Below are positions 58,933 through 64,000 of a stretch of DNA of 64,000 nucleotides, piece by piece. Source of the DNA: Alkalispirochaeta sp. (GTDB taxonomy: Bacteria > Spirochaetota > Spirochaetia > DSM-27196 > Alkalispirochaetaceae); assembly GCA_965242725.1 (NCBI GenBank), contig CBDESZ010000023.1, positions 8,758 to 72,757 of the forward strand, written 5' to 3'. The translations under genes and the position numbers were made by a program. Under the pieces are notes generated by a model. That model saw only the letters and a list, made by a program, of their open reading frames with translations, had not been told where the DNA came from and made no database searches. Positions within the stretch are counted from its first letter, which is position 1, and every line of letters begins with the position of its first letter.

Positions 58933-61302
58933 CTATTTGGTTGCCTTGTTCCCGCCAAAAACGATTTCAAAGACCTCCTCCACCCGCTGGACGGGATGGA
59001 AGGTGAGTCCCCGTTTGACGTGGTCCGGTATTTCGTCAAGATCCTTTTCATTTTGCTCCGGGATGATAACGTGTTTTATCCCGTTACGGCGAGCGGCTAT
59101 CGTCTTTTCTTTGAGACCCCCGATGGGCAGAACCTGGCCGACCAGGGAAAGTTCTCCCGTCATGGCGACCTTGGTGCGCACCTTCACGTCCCGGGCGAGG
59201 GAGAGGAGCGTCGTTGCCATGGTGATTCCCGCGGACGGGCCGTCCTTCGGGGTCGCTCCGGCGGGGATGTGCATGTGAATTTCATTTTCGTCGAAGAATC
59301 GGCTGTCCACGCCGAATCCGTGTGCGGCGTGACGAACGTAGCTGAAGGCAATGTTTGCGCTCTCCTGCATCACCTCACCCATCTTCCCGGTGAGTTTGAG
59401 GCCTCCTTTGCCGGGATTGCTGATCGCCTCGATGATGAGGGTGTCGCCTCCATAGGGTGTCCACGCCAGGCCGATGGTCATTCCCGGACGGTCGATCGTC
59501 TTGCCGACATCCTCGGGAAATACCGGCTTTCCAAGGTATTGCTCAAGAACAGTCTCGTCGATTGAGTAGCTCTCGGGAGCCTCAACGTTCCCGACCTGAT
59601 CCTTTGCAAGTTTGCGATGGATCTTGTCCAGCATCTGTTCGTATTTGCGCATGCCCGCCTCGCGGGCGTAGCCGTTTGCAATGGTGCGGAGAGCGCCTTT
59701 ATTGTATTTCACCTGCTTTTTACTCAGTCCCGCCCGTTCGGCGGAGCGGGGAACGAGGTATTTCCGGGCGATGGCGATCTTCTCCTCGTCTATGTATCCC
59801 GATAGTCGAATCACTTCCATTCGGTCCAGAAGCGGTGCGGGTATCGAATCCAGGGTGTTTGCGGTGGCGATAAAAAGAATCGAGGAGATGTCGAAGGGCA
59901 GATCAAGATAGTGGTCCCTGAACGCGACGTTCTGTTCCGGGTCAAGCACCTCAAGGAGCGCCGAAGAAGGATCGCCCTGATAGCTCATGCCCAGCTTGTC
60001 GATTTCATCGATCATGAATACGGGATCCTTGGTTCCGACGATTTTCAGCCCCTGTATCACCTTGCCCGGCATCGCCCCGACGTAGGTGCGGCGATGCCCC
60101 TTGATCTCAGCCTCATCGCGCATGCCCCCTACGGAAAAGCGGAAAAACTTTTTGTTCAGCGCCCGGGCTACGGACTTTCCGATCGACGTCTTCCCGACGC
60201 CGGGAGGTCCGACAAGGCATATGATCGAACCCTTCATGTCACCCCTCAGTTTCCGTACCGCCAGAAATTCGACGATTCGCTCTTTCACGTCGTCCAGACC
60301 GTAATGGTCTGCGTCGAGGATCCTTCCCGCTTTGCCGATGTCCAGGTCCGTCGGTTTCGGCGACGCCCATGGCAGATTCACGATGGTATCGAGGTAGTTC
60401 CGGGTAACGGTAAACTCCGAGGAGTTTGGTTCCATGAGCTGAAACTTTTCCAGCTCCTGTTCCACCTGCTTGCGCGTCTCCTCGTCGAGCTGAAGCTTTT
60501 CTATCGCCTCCTTGAAGCGCTGATACTCGGAGCTCTTGGCGTCGGTGGGCATCCCCAGTTCCTGTTTGATCGCCTTCAGCTCCTCCTTGAGGAAGTACTC
60601 CCGCTGGCTCTTTTCAATCTTCTCGTTGATCTGACTCTGGATGCGTTTCTGGATGCGCAGGAGTTCCTGTTCCTTTTTAATGAACATGAGCACCTTTTCC
60701 AGCCGGGATCGAACGTTCATTGTGGCCAGCACATCCTGCTGGGATTCGCGATCGATATTGAGAATACTCGTGACAAAATCGGCTATCTTTCCGGGTTGAT
60801 CGATATTCACCATGTTGAGACGCATCTCTTCGGAAAAGAGGGGGTTGTTTTCACTCACCTGTTTGGTCTCGGAAATGATCGCACGGGTGAGGGCCTGTAC
60901 CTCGTCGGTACCCGTCTCCTCGTCGTCGAGGTATTCGACCGCCGCCACCAGCGGACCGTTGGGGCCGGAAAGCCCCTTTCGGATACGAAAGCGCTTGAGT
61001 GTCGAAACGAAGACGTTCATACCGCCGTCGGGGAGGTTGATGCGCTTCAGTATCTTTACCACCGTTCCCACTTCGTGAAGATCGGCAACGGTGGGGTCCT
61101 CCATCTCGTCGTCCCTGGTGAGGACGAGTCCGATATGTTTGTCACCATCAAGGGCGTGCTGGACGACCTCGACATCCTCTTTTGTCGTGATCATCAGGGG
61201 GGTGAAGAGGCCGGGGAAAATCGGCTTTCCGTTCAGGGCGATGAGAAACAGTTTGCTTGGCAGAATCTGGTCTGCCGGTAGAATATCGCGTTGTTCAGAC
61301 AT
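58933..61302 (-). CDS. lon: ATP-dependent protease La
   Basis: Motifs GPPGVGKTS, GHRRTYVG, DEIDK and PKDGPSAG. Confidence 0.98.
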   Translation of the reverse strand: MSEQRDILPADQILPSKLFLIALNGKPIFPGLFTPLMITTKEDVEVVQHALDGDKHIGLVLTRDDEMEDPTVADLHEVGTVVKILKRINLPDGGMNVFVSTLKRFRIRKGLSGPNGPLVAAVEYLDDEETGTDEVQALTRAIISETKQVSENNPLFSEEMRLNMVNIDQPGKIADFVTSILNIDRESQQDVLATMNVRSRLEKVLMFIKKEQELLRIQKRIQSQINEKIEKSQREYFLKEELKAIKQELGMPTDAKSSEYQRFKEAIEKLQLDEETRKQVEQELEKFQLMEPNSSEFTVTRNYLDTIVNLPWASPKPTDLDIGKAGRILDADHYGLDDVKERIVEFLAVRKLRGDMKGSIICLVGPPGVGKTSIGKSVARALNKKFFRFSVGGMRDEAEIKGHRRTYVGAMPGKVIQGLKIVGTKDPVFMIDEIDKLGMSYQGDPSSALLEVLDPEQNVAFRDHYLDLPFDISSILFIATANTLDSIPAPLLDRMEVIRLSGYIDEEKIAIARKYLVPRSAERAGLSKKQVKYNKGALRTIANGYAREAGMRKYEQMLDKIHRKLAKDQVGNVEAPESYSIDETVLEQYLGKPVFPEDVGKTIDRPGMTIGLAWTPYGGDTLIIEAISNPGKGGLKLTGKMGEVMQESANIAFSYVRHAAHGFGVDSRFFDENEIHMHIPAGATPKDGPSAGITMATTLLSLARDVKVRTKVAMTGELSLVGQVLPIGGLKEKTIAARRNGIKHVIIPEQNEKDLDEIPDHVKRGLTFHPVQRVEEVFEIVFGGNKATK

Positions 61303-61360
61303 AAATCATTGAGTCCTTTTCTCTTGCAGTTGTCGTTCTAACCGGGTGTGTGTATAAGCT

Positions 61361-62131
61361 ATGAATGTGAACCGCAGCAGTCAACTCTCAGCGATCGTGA
61401 TTCGTATTTCATCCTTCGGCGAGAGTCACAGCATGGTCGACCTGCTCACCCCCCGCAACGGTCTGTTGCCCTGTGTCGCTTACGGGTTGCGAGGGCGCAG
61501 ATCTTCCCTGAAGGGTAAGATCGTTCCCTTTGCACGCGGTACGGCGTGGCTCTACACCGATCCGCGACGGGATCGGAGCAAAATAACCGACTTTGACGTG
61601 GATCGTTACGCCCTTGGTCTTACCGCCGATCTCGACGCATACTACGAAGCGAGTCTGTGGGCGGAGGTACTGTGGAAGAGCCACGCCTCCGGAAGCGACG
61701 ACGAGTCCGTATTCAACCTCATGGACGGAGGACTTGCCCTTCTGGACCGGTATCCCCGGCGCGCCGCGGACTTAGGTACCGTGTTTCTCTGGCGGTACCT
61801 CGGCCACCTCGGCCTGCAGCCCGATCTGGACTACAGTTTTCAGGATGAACGGCACTTTGCCCCCGATGAACCGCGTTATTACGGCGGGGATGACGGAACC
61901 GTCGTATCAGGTGATTGGGCCACCCCGGATATGAACATCCTCGACGGTGAAGCTGCACGTTTTCTGTCACATACCGGCACGCGGTCGCTGACGCCGGCGG
62001 CGATCACCGACGTCTCCGACTCTTCCCGCCGCGCCGCCCGCCGATTCGTGGTGATTGCGGTGCAAAATGCAATTTCGACGCCTTTGAACACCTTGAAGGT
62101 CAGCGGCGCTCTCAGGGGTATGGGTCACTGA
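61361..62131 (+). CDS. recO: DNA repair protein RecO
   Basis: N-terminal OB fold ('GE....V.LLT...GL....AYG') and 'G.QPDL'. Lacks the Zn-binding Cys residues. Confidence 0.8.
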   Translation: MNVNRSSQLSAIVIRISSFGESHSMVDLLTPRNGLLPCVAYGLRGRRSSLKGKIVPFARGTAWLYTDPRRDRSKITDFDVDRYALGLTADLDAYYEASLWAEVLWKSHASGSDDESVFNLMDGGLALLDRYPRRAADLGTVFLWRYLGHLGLQPDLDYSFQDERHFAPDEPRYYGGDDGTVVSGDWATPDMNILDGEAARFLSHTGTRSLTPAAITDVSDSSRRAARRFVVIAVQNAISTPLNTLKVSGALRGMGH

Positions 62132-62180
62132 GACGGAGCCGGCACTGTCATCCCGTTCCGTTCCGTGTTACATTCTACTG

Positions 62181-63529
62181 ATGAGGGCGTTAGACATTGT
62201 AATCAAAAAGCGTAACGGCGAGTCCCTCTCCGAAGAGGAGATCGCGTTTCTCGTTCGCGGCTATGTTGACGGTTCCATACCGGAATACCAGATCTCCGCA
62301 TTTCTCATGGCCCGTCTTTTTCAGGGGAATGAGTGCCCGGGAGACGGGGTTTCTCACCCGGACGATGATCGCATCGGTGTGAAACGATCGACCTCGGCTC
62401 CCTGAAAGGACCCTTTGTAGACAAGCATTCAACGGGAGGGGTGGGTGACAAGGTATCCCTCATCCTCGCTCCCCTTGCCGCGTCGTGCGGGTTGAAAGTC
62501 CCCATGATGAGTGGTCGTTCCCTGGGCCACACCGGCGGCACCCTGGACAAACTGGAATCGATCCCGGGATACCGGACGGATCTCTCGCCGCAGCGCTTCG
62601 CGGAAATCATCGGTGAATGCGGCTTTGCCATGACTGGGCAGAGCCGTGACGTGGTCCCCGCGGACAGACAGCTCTACGCCCTTCGGGATGTGACGGGGAC
62701 GGGTCGAGAGCATTCCCCTCATCACCTCGAGTATTCTCTCAAAAAAATTCGCCGAGGGAGCGGACGCGCTCGTCTTTGACGTGAAAACGGGCGCCGGCGC
62801 GTTCATGAAGACGCCGGAAGAGGCGAGACAGCTTGCGCAGGCCCTTGTGGACACCGGGAAGAGTCTCGGGAAGAAGGTTGTCGCCCTCCTCACCCGGATG
62901 GATGTGCCCCTCGGATCCAAAGTGGGCAACTTCCTGGAGGTTGAGGAGTCACTCGCCCTTCTGGGCGCTCCCCGGGCGCAGCAGGTCGTACCCGTCGACG
63001 GGCGCAGCGACGATCTCATGGACGTCACCGTCCGGCTCACGGGCTGGATGCTTGTCGCGGGAGGTGTCGTCCCGTCCATAGAGGAAGGCGTCGCCCGCTG
63101 TCGGCGCTCTCTTGAGGACGGAAGTGCCTGGAAGGCGATGGAACGGAATATCCGCGCTCAGGGGGGCGATGTAGACCGGCTCATGGAGCAGCTGGGACAG
63201 GTGCGCGCTCCCCTGAAGGAGACGATAACCGCCCCGGAAGAGGGTTTACTCGGTCGCATCGACGCCTACGCCGTCGGGATGGGTGGCGTGTACCTCGGTG
63301 CGGGACGGAGCAAAGCCGATGATACGGTCTACCCCGATGTGGGGTTTGAACTCCTGAAGAAGCCGGGTGATCCCGTGAAAAAAGGAGAACCCCCTCATGT
63401 CCGTGTGGGGTCACGATGAAGGGGCGGTCCGTCAGGCGGTGGAGACGGTAGAGGCCGGCATCTCTATCACCGGACGTGTTTCCGATGTCGACTGGGACCC
63501 CTCGGCAATGACGATAGAAGAACTTACCG
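62181..63529 (+). CDS. pdp: Pyrimidine-nucleoside/thymidine phosphorylase with about 4 frameshifts (probable sequencing errors)
   Basis: [46 protein letters not shown] and DVKTG occur across different frames. The stop is lost in the poly-C run. Confidence 0.88.
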
Positions 63530-63548
63530 CCCCCCCCCCCCCCCCCCT

Positions 63549-64000
63549 ATGAAGTGGAAACAAGCCACCGGTAGATACGTCGGCGGTAAAGAAAATTTCA
63601 GGCAGGTACGGTACCGGACCTGCTTACCGCCGCCATCCTCGTACGCCGCGGCGTCACCCGCTCGGAAGAGATGCCCTACTACCTTGAAAACGACTTTCAG
63701 TACCTTCACGATCCCTTTCTCTTTCCCGACATGGTGGATGTGGTCGTCCGTATAGAACAGGCGCGCCGGGAAGGAGAACGGGTTCTCGTCTTCGGCGACC
63801 GCGATGTGGACGGAATCACGAGCACCGCCGTCATGGTTTCAGCACTCAGGGACCTGGGCATCGACCCTGAATGGGAGGTTCCGGAAGGCGACGCCGCCTA
63901 CGGATTGACGACTGCCACGGTTGAAGAATTTGCTGCACGGGCCGGTTCCCTCATAATCACCGTCGACTGCGGCATCACGAGTGTGGAAGAGATATCCCGG
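63549..64000 (+). CDS. recJ: ssDNA exonuclease RecJ, 5' part, frameshifted and running off the window
   Basis: 'ILVRRG', 'LHDPFLF', 'FGDRDVDGITST', 'YGL' and 'ITVDCG'. Confidence 0.85.

Noticed and set aside
59911..61281. 456-aa antisense ORF (and similar ones opposite dhaK, hisS and DUF1015)
   Set aside because: Shadow ORFs of well-supported genes.
62181..64000. pdp and recJ as decayed pseudogenes
   Set aside because: Frame breaks near 62312, 62380, 62702, 63392 and several in 63560-63730 are mostly +1 insertions in short runs, and the motifs are otherwise intact. This fits a low-quality consensus.

Overview
This is chromosomal DNA from a GC-rich spirochaete, probably Spirochaetaceae or Alkalispirochaeta-like. 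The assignment is inferred from gene content and order: rpoZ-miaA-bS22, cdaA-cdaR-acpS, a type-2 IleRS and an FlgD/OmpA repeat protein. Positions 1-11.1 kb hold a GntR-controlled catabolic cluster encoding an MFS transporter, aldo-keto reductase, HPS/KGPDC-fold enzyme, GntR, PdxA-family dehydrogenase, VOC protein, cupin, TctBAC transporter, DhaK/DhaL and a DerI/RpiB-type isomerase. A 17-bp operator-like motif is repeated at three of its promoters. The rest is mostly housekeeping (coaX, ackA, topA, truA, udg, priA, def, fmt, ileS, hisHF, aroB, hrpA, hisS, rnz, lon, recO), plus an uncharacterised operon with an acidic protein and two Maf/MptE-like genes. The best novelty candidates are (1) a putative 'phosphorylate-last' pentonate -> erythrulose -> erythrose-4-P pathway and (2) an ~80-nt structured RNA upstream of rnz with its own promoter, terminator and a perfect Shine-Dalgarno. 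Weaker candidates are small ribosomal-protein-like ORFs and repeated signatures of leaderless mRNAs. Frameshifts in miaA, pdp and recJ are mostly homopolymer +1 insertions and are probably sequencing errors. I saw no rRNA, tRNA, CRISPR array, integrase or transposase. All family assignments come from motif recognition, not database searches.
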